A stretch of DNA of 64,000 nucleotides from Candidatus Woesearchaeota archaeon (GCA_016188065.1 JACPIN010000001.1:17661-81660); one strand, 5' to 3'. Counted from the stretch's first letter, positions 28,997 to 38,399 are shown. Made by a program: numbers and translations. Notes: a model not told the origin generated them from the letters alone.

Positions 28997-29045
28997 ATTT
29001 CAACTGACACACTTGCCATATACCCAGACAGCATTTATAAACAAA
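28997..29045 (+). promoter_or_regulatory. conserved ~49-bp upstream element plus TATA (copy 2)
   Basis: ATTTCAACTGACACACTTGCCATATACCCAGACAGCATTTATAAACAAAAG has the same architecture as 19520-19568. TTTATAAA sits about 25 nt upstream of the ATG at 29064. Confidence 0.55.
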
Positions 29046-29063
29046 AGAAAATAGTTCTTAATT

Positions 29064-29792
29064 ATGAAAATCACGCCAGAATTATCAGAAATAAGTGGGA
29101 TCCATAGTGGAGATGGACACTTAAGGAGGGATAAAGAACTCGAAATTAGCGGGAGCTTTGAAGAAAAAGAATATTATGACACGAGGGTCATTCCTTTATT
29201 TAATAATTTCTTTAATTTATCTATAAAGGGAAGGTTTTTTACAAGTAAAGGAACATATGGTTTTTGGGTAGTCAACAAAGAAATAGGAAATACATTAAAG
29301 GAAATAGGATTCCCTTCAGGTAACAAAACCAAAACTGTAAAAGTCCCTAACATCATATTGAAGTCTAACAACAGTTCTATTAGAAGATCCTTCCTAAGAG
29401 GTTTATTTGACACAGATGGTTGCATGAGTTTTAATAAAAGAATTTATAATAAAAATCATTTCAAAAAAACCAAAAATTTCTATCCTACCATACTAATCGT
29501 GAGTATATCCAAAAATCTGATTAAGGGAGTAGATTTATTATGTAAAAAAGAAGGTTTTGAATCAAAAGTATACCTCCACATACCAAAAAAGAAAACAGAA
29601 AACATCCGTTATATAATGCAAATATCTGGGGAAAAATCTCTTCTAGATTGGATGGAAAAAATCTCCCCTAAAAATCAAATAAAAGTTTCTAGATTTAAGG
29701 TCTGGGAAAAATTTGGGCACTGTCCATCAAAAGCAACCTATAAAGAAAGACTAGAAATACTTAAAAGCCAGCAAATTAAAGATTTCTTGTAG
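29064..29792 (+). CDS. double-motif LAGLIDADG homing endonuclease-like protein (free-standing)
   Basis: Two LAGLIDADG motifs: ISGIHSGDGHL and FLRGLFDTDGCM. 242 aa. The stop codon overlaps the first nt of the tRNA. Confidence 0.7.
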   Translation: MKITPELSEISGIHSGDGHLRRDKELEISGSFEEKEYYDTRVIPLFNNFFNLSIKGRFFTSKGTYGFWVVNKEIGNTLKEIGFPSGNKTKTVKVPNIILKSNNSSIRRSFLRGLFDTDGCMSFNKRIYNKNHFKKTKNFYPTILIVSISKNLIKGVDLLCKKEGFESKVYLHIPKKKTENIRYIMQISGEKSLLDWMEKISPKNQIKVSRFKVWEKFGHCPSKATYKERLEILKSQQIKDFL

Positions 29793-29894
29793 GGCCTGTA
29801 GTATAACCTGGATAGTATATTCGGCTTCAAAGATTAACACTTTGTTAACTTGGCCAAGGACCGAAAGATCTCGGTTCAAATCCGGGCAGGCCCG
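29792..29894 (+). tRNA. tRNA-Arg(TCG) with a 29-nt intron at non-canonical position 35/36 (anticodon assignment tentative)
   Basis: Acceptor GGGCCTG/CAGGCCC, D-stem GTAT/GTAT (two G.U pairs), anticodon stem TTCGG/CCGAA, T-arm CTCGG-TTCAAAT-CCGGG. The insert 29829-29857 forms a relaxed BHB (H = GGCT/GGCC, plus a TTAACA/TGTTAA hairpin), giving loop CTTCGGA. Confidence 0.65.
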
Positions 29895-29901
29895 AAACAA
29901 A

Positions 29902-30143
29902 TGAATCACGATATATTTTTATACAATAAAAACAACCAATGCAAGATGCAACCAGAAAGAATAACCGCATTATCAACAGCAATAATAGCCTTTGTAACGA
30001 TAATCGGTTTAATGTTCGGATTTTATTATAATTTAAAATTATCAGGATTTGAATCAAGGGAAATATTTTTATTTGAAATAATTTTTATCGTGTCTGTATG
30101 GATATTTTTAATATGGCTAAGGAGGAAAATAAAAAATGAATAA
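29902..30143 (+). CDS. small membrane protein
   Basis: The ORF-track start (29850) lies inside the tRNA. The first ATG after the tRNA is at 29902. Two TM helices. Confidence 0.25.
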
Positions 30144-30314
30144 AATTATATCCTGGATAAAAGAGAATTGGCTAATAATCCTTGTATTAATTATAATCTT
30201 ATTCTTAATTTCAAGAATACAGGTTAGATAAAAAGTATAAAAATGCCAAAGGAAACTCAAGAAGAAATAACAGCAAGAACAAATTTTATAAAGAGGAACA
30301 TGCCCATATAAACT

Positions 30315-30512
30315 ATGACCTTCCAAATCCAAGAATATAAAGAGAATCTAGAAATATTTCAAAAAAGGATAGAATTATTAATTGGAAATCGATTAAGATT
30401 AAATGACAAAATCAGAAATGCGGTTGCTATACAAGATGCTGCTAGATCAAAAATAAAAGGATGGGATGGAACAAAAGAAATCAGAAAATGGAGAGAAAGA
30501 AGAGCAAGTTAG
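30315..30512 (+). CDS. putative antitoxin upstream of the PIN toxin
   Basis: 65-aa charged helical protein overlapping the start of the PIN gene. Confidence 0.3.
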   Translation: MTFQIQEYKENLEIFQKRIELLIGNRLRLNDKIRNAVAIQDAARSKIKGWDGTKEIRKWRERRAS

Positions 30513-30930
30513 AAACCGTGTCATTGATAGTTCTGTTGTAATTAAATGGTTTTCTGAAGAAGAAAGTACAGAAAAGGCATTGAAAATAAGAGAAGATTTC
30601 ATTAAGGGAAAAAACATAATTGCAGTGCCAGATATACAAATTTATGAGATAGCAAATGCACTGAGATACAACAAGAAACTTTCAAAAGAAGAGGTTATAA
30701 ATTACACAAAAAGTTTAATTGATATTGGAATAATCATAATGATTCCGACAGAAGATACGATTAGGTCAGCTGTAGAAACAGCATTTCAGCATGATATTAC
30801 AATTTATGATGCATATTTTGTATCATTAGCCAAAGAATTAGATTTCGATTTTATAACAGCCGATGAAAAGTTTTATAGAAAAATAGAAAAGTTAAAATCT
30901 ATAAACTTACTTAAGAATTTGAGGATATAA
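30466..30930 (+). CDS. PIN-domain (VapC-like) toxin
   Basis: VIDSSVVIKWF...IYDAYFVSLAKELDFDFITADEKF shows PIN acidic residues. Confidence 0.6.
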   Translation: MEQKKSENGEKEEQVRNRVIDSSVVIKWFSEEESTEKALKIREDFIKGKNIIAVPDIQIYEIANALRYNKKLSKEEVINYTKSLIDIGIIIMIPTEDTIRSAVETAFQHDITIYDAYFVSLAKELDFDFITADEKFYRKIEKLKSINLLKNLRI

Positions 30931-30932
30931 GC

Positions 30933-32366
30933 ATGTCAAAAGAAACGCAAGAAGGGATCACAGTAAAGAAAGAAGAGAATTTCTCAGAGTGGTACACTCA
31001 AATAATTCAGAAAGCGGATCTGGCAGATTATTCAAAAGTAAAAGGATGCATGGTAATCAAGCCAAATGCTTATTTCATATGGGAGCAGATACAGGATTAT
31101 TTCAATAAAAGGTTAAAACTATTAAAAGTGAGAAACGCATATTTCCCATTATTCATTCCAGAATCATTTTTCCAAAAAGAAGCAGAGCATGCCCAAGGAT
31201 TTAAGCCGGAAGTTGCATGGATTGAAAAAGAGGAAGAGGGAGAAAGATTAGCAGTAAGGCCAACATCAGAGACGGTAATATATGATTCATATTCAAAGTG
31301 GATTCGTTCTCATAGAGACTTGCCATTAAGAATTAATCAGTGGGCAAACATCGTTAGATGGGAAACGAAGGCAACAAGGTTATTTATCAGAACAAGAGAA
31401 TTTCTTTGGCAGGAAGGCCATTGTGTGTATGAAACAGAAGAGGAGTGTGATAAAGAGGCTGTGCAGTTTCTTAATGAATATAAAAAACTCTGCGAGGATC
31501 TTTTAGCGATTCCAGTAATAACGGGAAAGAAGTCAGAAAAAGAAAAATTTGCAGGAGCATACTACACATTAAGTATAGAATCAATAATGCCTGACGGCAG
31601 AGCCTTGCAGATGGGAACCTCTCATAATCTTGCTCAAAATTTTTCGAAATCATTTAATATAAAATTCCTGGATCAATCTGGAAAAGAAAAGTTGCCTTGG
31701 CAGAATTCGTGGGGGATCTCAACAAGATTAATAGGGGCATTGGCAATGTTCCATGGAGACGATAAAGGGCTTGTTTTGCCGCCTAAAGTAGCATTTTCAA
31801 AAATAGTCATCATCCCAATATTATTCAAAGAAACAGAAGAAAAAGTTTTGAAAAAAGCAAAGGAAATTGAAAATAAATTAAAAAAATATAACCCTATTTT
31901 AGATGATCGTAATTATTCTCCAGGCTGGAAATTCAACGAATGGGAATTAAAAGGCACCCCTATAAGATTAGAAATCGGGCCAAAAGAGATTGATAAAAAA
32001 CAGGTTGTTTTAGTAAGAAGGGACAATAACAAAAAAGAATTTGTAAAAATCTCTTCAATAACGAAAAAAATAGAAGAATCATTGGAAGATATGCAGAAGA
32101 ATATGCTGGAAAAGGCGCGAAAAGAAATGCAGTCTAAAGTAGTAAAAGTCAGCTCATTTGCAGAATTCCAAAAAGCAATCAAAGGTAAAAAAGCAGTTCT
32201 AGTTCCTTGGTGTGGATTAAGAAAATGTGAAGAGGAAATTCGAGAGAAATCAGATGGAGCAAAATCAATTAATATGCCATTTGACCAGCCAAAAGATCTC
32301 AAGGAAAAATGTTTCAATTGTAATGATATGTCATTAGGGTTGTGGTATTTTGCTAAATCATACTAA
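30933..32366 (+). CDS. proS: prolyl-tRNA synthetase (archaeal/eukaryotic type)
   Basis: Class II motifs, VRPTSETVIY, and a C-terminal Zn-binding domain ending ...GLWYFAKSY. 477 aa. Confidence 0.9.
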   Translation: MSKETQEGITVKKEENFSEWYTQIIQKADLADYSKVKGCMVIKPNAYFIWEQIQDYFNKRLKLLKVRNAYFPLFIPESFFQKEAEHAQGFKPEVAWIEKEEEGERLAVRPTSETVIYDSYSKWIRSHRDLPLRINQWANIVRWETKATRLFIRTREFLWQEGHCVYETEEECDKEAVQFLNEYKKLCEDLLAIPVITGKKSEKEKFAGAYYTLSIESIMPDGRALQMGTSHNLAQNFSKSFNIKFLDQSGKEKLPWQNSWGISTRLIGALAMFHGDDKGLVLPPKVAFSKIVIIPILFKETEEKVLKKAKEIENKLKKYNPILDDRNYSPGWKFNEWELKGTPIRLEIGPKEIDKKQVVLVRRDNNKKEFVKISSITKKIEESLEDMQKNMLEKARKEMQSKVVKVSSFAEFQKAIKGKKAVLVPWCGLRKCEEEIREKSDGAKSINMPFDQPKDLKEKCFNCNDMSLGLWYFAKSY

Positions 32367-32451
32367 ACAATAAAAGCATTATTCTCTTTCTCTTCTTTAA
32401 CAGTTGTAGTAGGGCCATGTCCTGGAAAAATAAAATAATCATCTAGAAATT

Positions 32452-33093
32452 TTAAGATTTTATTAGCTGATTCCAATAGTTTACTATAAGAATAATTACC
32501 ACTTCCAGGCTTCCAGCAAAAATCAAATCACCAACGAATAAAAACATTCCAATAGAATAAGTTACAGAATCTTTACTATGTCCTGGAGTTTTAACAGCTT
32601 TTATTTTTCTATCATCAAGTTTTAATTCTTGATTATTCTTCAAATCATCTCCAGAATAAATTCCGATTCCGAATTCTTTCACGATTTTTTCTTTTCCATA
32701 AACATGATCGCCGTCTCCATGAGTCAGCAAAATAAATCTAGGGTTTAATTTTCTTTCTTTAATTTCTTTTATTATTCTTTCAGGAGATTGTGCAGTATCA
32801 ACAATGGCACAATTTTTGTCTTCATCAAAAACAACATACGCATTAACATGTCTACCATAAAATTCATTTCTAATATTGACAACCTTTAATCCGTCGTAGT
32901 TTTTTCCATAATCAAATGCTTTTGGTTTGTATTTTCCATCCTTAATTTTCTTCAAAGCCCTAACATTCAAATTCAGTTCTCTTGCAACTTCATCAATATC
33001 GCTGCTATCAATTTTCTTGTTCAAGCCTCTTTCAGCTTTCCTTATTATATCCTCGTAATTATCCTCTAAATCCATATCAAAATAAATTATCAA
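32452..33093 (-). CDS. metallo-beta-lactamase-fold hydrolase
   Basis: LLTHGDGDH (a variant of HxHxDH) and TPGHSKDS are MBL motifs. Confidence 0.6.
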   Translation of the reverse strand: MIIYFDMDLEDNYEDIIRKAERGLNKKIDSSDIDEVARELNLNVRALKKIKDGKYKPKAFDYGKNYDGLKVVNIRNEFYGRHVNAYVVFDEDKNCAIVDTAQSPERIIKEIKERKLNPRFILLTHGDGDHVYGKEKIVKEFGIGIYSGDDLKNNQELKLDDRKIKAVKTPGHSKDSVTYSIGMFLFVGDLIFAGSLEVVIILIVNYWNQLIKS

Positions 33094-34498
33094 GAAGCAT
33101 TAAAATCTTTCTGAATACTCCAATCTCTTCTCTATCCTCAGCATTTTCATCTTCTACCTTAACAAAAGAAATTTCATTTTCATATTTTTCAGTGATATTA
33201 GTTTTATTCTCGCTCAACATTTTTTCAGCCTCGTCTTTATCGCGAAATTCAAATTTATCATCAATTAGAATCTCATCTTTGCTTTCGCTTCCAAAGCTTT
33301 CAGAAACCTTGATTTCAGATTTATAGGTAAAATCTCCATTCAATTGCGGAACAGTTAAAATCCAATTAATCTTCTTTTCCTCATACGGCTTGAGTAAAAC
33401 AGCTTTGCTATTATCTCCTACAACTCCAGGAGCGCTTGTTACATAAACTAAAGTTGATAAATAATAATTCTGCAAATTTTTCACACTAACTTCGAAAGGT
33501 ACAAAGCTCCCTCCTTTAATTTTATCAAAAATAGCATCAGCTTTCAGCTCGACAAGAGGCAAAACTCTGTCCCCTTTTTCAACTATGCTTGTATTTAATT
33601 CTAAATTCTTCTCCTTTAAGCCGACTTTAATCGCCTTCCAAGAATATTCAACGCTTGGATCATTTGCACTTACCCCCTCGCTTAATTTCACATGCCCGGT
33701 ATCAACCCATCCATATTGCCCAAAAGTTACGTCAAAAGGAACCCAGCCATATCCTTGAAAATAAACTTCAGCCCATGCATGTGGAGCCCATCCTTCAGCA
33801 ACAGCGTCGCTATAGGCAATTCCGACAACGTATCTCACAGGAATATTCATGCTCCTCAAAAAGCTCACAAATAAATTAGTAATTTCATCGCAAACCCCCT
33901 GCCTGTTTTCCAAAACCCAGCTGCTCTTCTGTGTAGCATCTTCAGTTAAAGTGTTCAAGTCATATTTCACATTTATTCTAACCCATTCTGCAAGTTTGAA
34001 AGCTGCATCGTACAAGCTATCACTTCCTCTAGTTATCTCAATTGCCTTTTCTCTTATTTCATTGTTAATGTCGACTAGTTCAGTCTCTCTCACATAATTC
34101 TTGTGCTCTCTTATCAAAACAAGATTAGCAAATGGAACATCAGCAGGAATCTTAAATATCCTGTTCCACACTTTAACCTTGCTAGTGTACCCGAAATTTA
34201 TTCTTTCAGAGTCATCATCCCATTTGTATTCAATGTTATTTTTCATAACAACGCTGGCGCTTGGGTTATGAACCAAATTAAATTCAATCACATCCTGCCT
34301 GTAAGAGCTCTTTGGAAAAAGTCTTAAGTCAGCTGAAAAATAATCAAGCCTCGAGTTGGAAGTCCAGTAATCCAGAAGCACATCTCCATCAAGCCTCACT
34401 TCGATTACTTGGTGATCTAATTCGCTTTGGGCATAAACAGAAGGAAGAATTAATACATGCAATACAAGCAAAACTAAAATAGCTTTTTTTTCAAGCAT
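33077..34498 (-). CDS. secreted transglutaminase-like cysteine protease superfamily protein
   Basis: Signal peptide. A Cys-His-Asp triad context: GVCDEITNLF, HAWAEVY, PFDVT. Confidence 0.65.
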   Translation of the reverse strand: MLEKKAILVLLVLHVLILPSVYAQSELDHQVIEVRLDGDVLLDYWTSNSRLDYFSADLRLFPKSSYRQDVIEFNLVHNPSASVVMKNNIEYKWDDDSERINFGYTSKVKVWNRIFKIPADVPFANLVLIREHKNYVRETELVDINNEIREKAIEITRGSDSLYDAAFKLAEWVRINVKYDLNTLTEDATQKSSWVLENRQGVCDEITNLFVSFLRSMNIPVRYVVGIAYSDAVAEGWAPHAWAEVYFQGYGWVPFDVTFGQYGWVDTGHVKLSEGVSANDPSVEYSWKAIKVGLKEKNLELNTSIVEKGDRVLPLVELKADAIFDKIKGGSFVPFEVSVKNLQNYYLSTLVYVTSAPGVVGDNSKAVLLKPYEEKKINWILTVPQLNGDFTYKSEIKVSESFGSESKDEILIDDKFEFRDKDEAEKMLSENKTNITEKYENEISFVKVEDENAEDREEIGVFRKILMLLDNLF

Positions 34499-35543
34499 AT
34501 TTCCTCAGCAAATTGATAAATTTCTTATAATCATCTTTATGTATTTCAACAGCAGCAGCATGCTCATGCCCTCCTCCGCTTCCTTTCATCTCACTAAAAA
34601 TTTTCTCAATAATCTTAGGCAGCTCAACATCATTTAGAGAGCTTCTCAAGCTAATTCTCATCATCTCTTCTTTTATTCTGCCAACAGCAATTATCTTTAC
34701 AGGAAATTTATGAATCATCTCATTCGCCAAATCACTTGTAAAGCTTATATCATCAGCTATGTATGAAAAGGCAATAATCCTTCCTCTTGTTCTCTTGCCT
34801 GTACTAATAGCCTTCTTCAGAAATAGATTGTATTTGTTTTTTATTTTTTCAGCGCCTTCAAAGAGAATTTTTCCATTCTCACTTTCCTTGTTTAGTATCT
34901 CATAAGGATCATCGATTTTCAAAAGCATCTCGATATTCTTTTTCACGTCTTTCGTCCTGCCTTTTAATATGAAAGAAAAAATCCTGACAAGCTCTCCAAG
35001 TTTAGTATTATACAAAACATCATCAGCTTTAATATTTTTAAAATTTTTAACATCCCCAACCAAATCACCATATCTTTTTTTAAAGCTATTAAATAAAACC
35101 AAGCTCCAATCAGCAACAGAACCCACTGTACCGAGCCATAAATCTTTTTTAGTTATTTTATAGCAGAGATAGCTGGTTGGTTTATTATTTTTCTTATTTC
35201 GCATCCGGGGATTATAATAATAGACTCCTTTCACATCAACAACATCATGATGGTCTATCCAGATTTTCTTGACATTGATTTTATCAAAAACATCTTGGTT
35301 TAAAGTGGGCTTGTCCAAGAACACAACCAAGTCAGGATTATACTCTTCAATCTTCCTAAGATATAATTCCTCCTCATTCAAGGAAGTTCCCCTGACCCTT
35401 ATGATAATTCCATTTCCTTTTCCAAATCCCTTCCTTAGCAAGAGGTAGCTGACTAAGCCATCAGGATCATCGTCGTAAAAATACAGCGGGTTACTGCTTT
35501 CCTTCAGCAACTTCCTGATCATCTCCAGGGTTGTCATCTCCAT
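34491..35543 (-). CDS. DHH/DHHA1-family phosphoesterase (NrnA/RecJ-like)
   Basis: DHH motif (IWIDHHDVV) and a DHHA1 GGGH motif (KGSGGGHEHAAA). Confidence 0.6.
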   Translation of the reverse strand: MEMTTLEMIRKLLKESSNPLYFYDDDPDGLVSYLLLRKGFGKGNGIIIRVRGTSLNEEELYLRKIEEYNPDLVVFLDKPTLNQDVFDKINVKKIWIDHHDVVDVKGVYYYNPRMRNKKNNKPTSYLCYKITKKDLWLGTVGSVADWSLVLFNSFKKRYGDLVGDVKNFKNIKADDVLYNTKLGELVRIFSFILKGRTKDVKKNIEMLLKIDDPYEILNKESENGKILFEGAEKIKNKYNLFLKKAISTGKRTRGRIIAFSYIADDISFTSDLANEMIHKFPVKIIAVGRIKEEMMRISLRSSLNDVELPKIIEKIFSEMKGSGGGHEHAAAVEIHKDDYKKFINLLRKYA

Positions 35544-36618
35544 CTCCTATTTTGCCGAGTGCATTATCAACCTGCTCCTGGGTCCATCCCTGCTGCAGCG
35601 CTTGTTTCACAAGGTCTTCTTTTTTATATCTCCCAAGATTGTTCTTGAAATAAACAACAAGTGGATTCAAGTCAACTTCTTCTATTTTTTCAGCTCTCTC
35701 TTCTTCAATTTTAATTTCTTCTATTTTTTCTTTTTTAAAAAATGATTTAATTTTATCAAAAGCTCCAGCCCCAATGTTTTTTTTCTTCAGCAAGATGATG
35801 CCCATTACAATAAACACAATAGAAACTGCGAGTACACCAAGCCACAAAATCAATTTACTTTTCTGCTTGGCAGGAACGCAAATCCCATTTAAGCATTTAG
35901 TATTGGTGCTGCACTTAACATCGCTGGCGCAATTGCTGCAGTTCTCCCCAGTTTCTCTTACATTGTTTCCGCAAACAGGGCCTTGCTGCTCCACTTCCTC
36001 AAGCACAACAGGAGGGGGGGATGTAACAGCACTCGACAAAACAGAAACATTCCAAGTTTTCTCCTCGCCATCAACAGCAGCTTTAACAGTATGCAGTCCA
36101 ACTTCTCCACTAAAATCGTAAACATTCGCAGTATGATTCAATTTCACGTTGTCAACATGCCACTCAACGCTTTTGTTTCCAGAGACAGCAAATACCTGGC
36201 TTTTATTTTCTTCTATCTGCACACTGTCAGTATTGGGGGAAAAGCTTGTTTTAGCAATCGCCTCTCCAGTTATTTTTATCTTCGCATCATTGCTCTCCGC
36301 AGCAGTTATATCATCATCAGCAACAAATATGGCAGACCTGCTTCCAGGGTCATTTGCCTCGATATTAACTCTCCCCTCGCTGCTTATCTCAATAACAAGC
36401 CCCTCAATGCCGTCACTTCCAGATTTATATTTATAAGTAAGGGTATTATTGCTCGAAAAATATTCGCTCAAATTCAAAATATTTCTATTAAACCCTGTTT
36501 TTATTGTCAGCTCAGGAATTGTCCCGTTGAAAGTAACAGTATTTTCCTGGGCATAAACTGAAGCACTAGCAAAAAATAACAGCAATAGAAAAACTAAATT
36601 CCAAAAACCTCTTTTCAT
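35491..36618 (-). CDS. type-I membrane surface protein (signal peptide, Cys-rich stalk, TM, charged tail)
   Basis: N-terminal signal peptide, a CGNN...CSNC...CLNGIC module, the TM helix LILWLGVLAVSIVFIVMGIILL, and a coiled-coil tail. Confidence 0.35.
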   Translation of the reverse strand: MKRGFWNLVFLLLLFFASASVYAQENTVTFNGTIPELTIKTGFNRNILNLSEYFSSNNTLTYKYKSGSDGIEGLVIEISSEGRVNIEANDPGSRSAIFVADDDITAAESNDAKIKITGEAIAKTSFSPNTDSVQIEENKSQVFAVSGNKSVEWHVDNVKLNHTANVYDFSGEVGLHTVKAAVDGEEKTWNVSVLSSAVTSPPPVVLEEVEQQGPVCGNNVRETGENCSNCASDVKCSTNTKCLNGICVPAKQKSKLILWLGVLAVSIVFIVMGIILLKKKNIGAGAFDKIKSFFKKEKIEEIKIEEERAEKIEEVDLNPLVVYFKNNLGRYKKEDLVKQALQQGWTQEQVDNALGKIGDGDDNPGDDQEVAEGKQ

Positions 36619-36658
36619 ATATTAACACAAAAGAAAATTTCTATATAAAATTACCTAT

Positions 36659-37222
36659 TTATTTCCCTCTTTCTCTATGCGCCCTAATGCTTGGTCTTAT
36701 CTTTTCAGCGCCTTTCCCTTTATTTCGCAACCCTCTTGATTTCCTTCCCTGGCTTGTCAATCCTCTAAAAACCCTTCCTCTTTGTGCAGCCACATTCCTC
36801 AAAATAGAATCGCTCAAAACACTTGGATGATTTCTGTCAATTAATATTACCTCGGCCCAAAAATATCTCCCGTCTTTCAGCAAAGGATAGCTTCCAAGAA
36901 CCTCGCAATTCTTATATTTTCTATTCGCTCTTTGTTCACAGATCCACAGATAGCTCATCTTCACTACTTTCCTTGATGTGGCTCTCCTGCTTCTCCTCCC
37001 TGCTTTAGTTGGCCTTTCTCTTTTTCTTCCGCCGCGTGGCACTCTTACTCTAACAACCAAAACTCCTTGTTTAGCCCTATACCCTAAGCTTCTTGCCCTG
37101 TCTAATCTTGTAGGTCGTTCAATTCTGACAATGCTATTCTCTCTCCTCCAAGAAATCAGTCTCTCAAGCCTTAGTCCGCTGCTTAAATTTCCCCAATTTT
37201 CCTTGACTCTCTGATAGAACAT
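36659..37222 (-). CDS. rpl15e: 50S ribosomal protein L15e
   Basis: ...GYRAKQGVLVVRVRVPRGGRKRERP...YLWICEQRANRKYKNCEVLGSY... is the L15e signature (archaeal/eukaryal only). Confidence 0.85.
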   Translation of the reverse strand: MFYQRVKENWGNLSSGLRLERLISWRRENSIVRIERPTRLDRARSLGYRAKQGVLVVRVRVPRGGRKRERPTKAGRRSRRATSRKVVKMSYLWICEQRANRKYKNCEVLGSYPLLKDGRYFWAEVILIDRNHPSVLSDSILRNVAAQRGRVFRGLTSQGRKSRGLRNKGKGAEKIRPSIRAHRERGK

Positions 37223-37270
37223 TGTTTGATTTCCAGAATTTCAACTTTTAAATCTTTCTCTTTCTATTTT

Positions 37271-38392
37271 CTATAAGAGCATATACAGCAGGCTAAACAA
37301 ACTGGCAAGCAGGAAGCTGCTTTTCAGGCTCCCAATCCATAGAACAAGAAGCAGGATCACTATCCTTCCAAGTGAGAAATAAAACCCCCTCATTATAAAA
37401 TACTCCCCCCTATTTTTAGATTTGTCATACATCAATGCAGAAAATGGAAGCTCGGCAGTCATGGAGCTAAATCCTCCAAACAGGTACAAGCCAACTAGCT
37501 GGAATAAATTTTTGATGAAGATTTTCAAAATCCATGAAATGCAGTTAAATGCTGTTCCGATTTTCACAATCATTCTTCTGCTATAGCCGTCAGTTAATTT
37601 CCCTATTAATATAGTGAATAGCAAAGTGAACAGAGAAATAATTGTAGCCAAACTCCCTAACTTAAGATATCCCTGTAAAAATGAAAAAACAAATATCGGC
37701 CAAAAAACTCCTGCAACAATTCCAGCTCCCCCATTTCCAAAATACGCAATCCCGTCTCTTAAGAATTTAATGCTGAAAATTTCTCTCAGTTTAACTTCCA
37801 TCCTTTTATTTTTATACTTGCAGAAAAACATCGGAACAGCGCTCCCAAATATTAATACAGAAACAATGAAGAATAGCAGATCAAATCCGGAAGCCAGCAG
37901 CAAGCTTCCTCCCATCAATGGGCCGACAAGGCCGGAAAACAAGCTTAAGTTAAACCAGTTGCCAATTTCTTTCCCCCTATCTTTATAGTCGCTTGCTCCG
38001 GCAAACTCAAAGTGAAACCCGAGCCAAAAGAAAGAATCAGCAACGCCAAGTAAAAAAGGAACTAGATAAAACAGCCACGAATATGATGGGATAAAATCCA
38101 GCAGTACAAAATAGGAGATATACAGCGGGCAAGATATTAGTGTGATATACTTAAAAGAAAACAAGTCAACTAGTTTCGAGCTGGGAAAGATAAACAATAA
38201 GTATGCCAGGCTATAAATCACATAAAACAGGATCACATTGCTCAAGCTGTATTTCAATTCTATTAAGAGGTAAAGCGGGACGAAAATGCCAACCATGCTA
38301 AAAGCAAGATCCCGAAGAACAATGGACGTATATAAAGCATTCAGCTCTTTCTTCAAAAAAAACCTCATGTAGTGTATTGGATGTTCAAGCAT
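37271..38392 (-). CDS. polytopic membrane protein, MFS-like transporter
   Basis: 373 aa, about 10-12 TM helices. No diagnostic motif. Confidence 0.35.
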   Translation of the reverse strand: MLEHPIHYMRFFLKKELNALYTSIVLRDLAFSMVGIFVPLYLLIELKYSLSNVILFYVIYSLAYLLFIFPSSKLVDLFSFKYITLISCPLYISYFVLLDFIPSYSWLFYLVPFLLGVADSFFWLGFHFEFAGASDYKDRGKEIGNWFNLSLFSGLVGPLMGGSLLLASGFDLLFFIVSVLIFGSAVPMFFCKYKNKRMEVKLREIFSIKFLRDGIAYFGNGGAGIVAGVFWPIFVFSFLQGYLKLGSLATIISLFTLLFTILIGKLTDGYSRRMIVKIGTAFNCISWILKIFIKNLFQLVGLYLFGGFSSMTAELPFSALMYDKSKNRGEYFIMRGFYFSLGRIVILLLVLWIGSLKSSFLLASLFSLLYMLL

Positions 38393-38399
38393 CTTCTAT

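Noticed and set aside
29792-29894. Reading the first intron-containing tRNA as a UGA-decoding tRNA (anticodon UCA) with the intron at canonical 37/38
   Set aside because: No BHB forms for that splice placement. TGA is used as a stop in this window (gatE, gatC and gatA all end in TGA), and all long ORFs are intact under the standard code. A shift of two nucleotides gives a proper BHB and tRNA-Arg(UCG).
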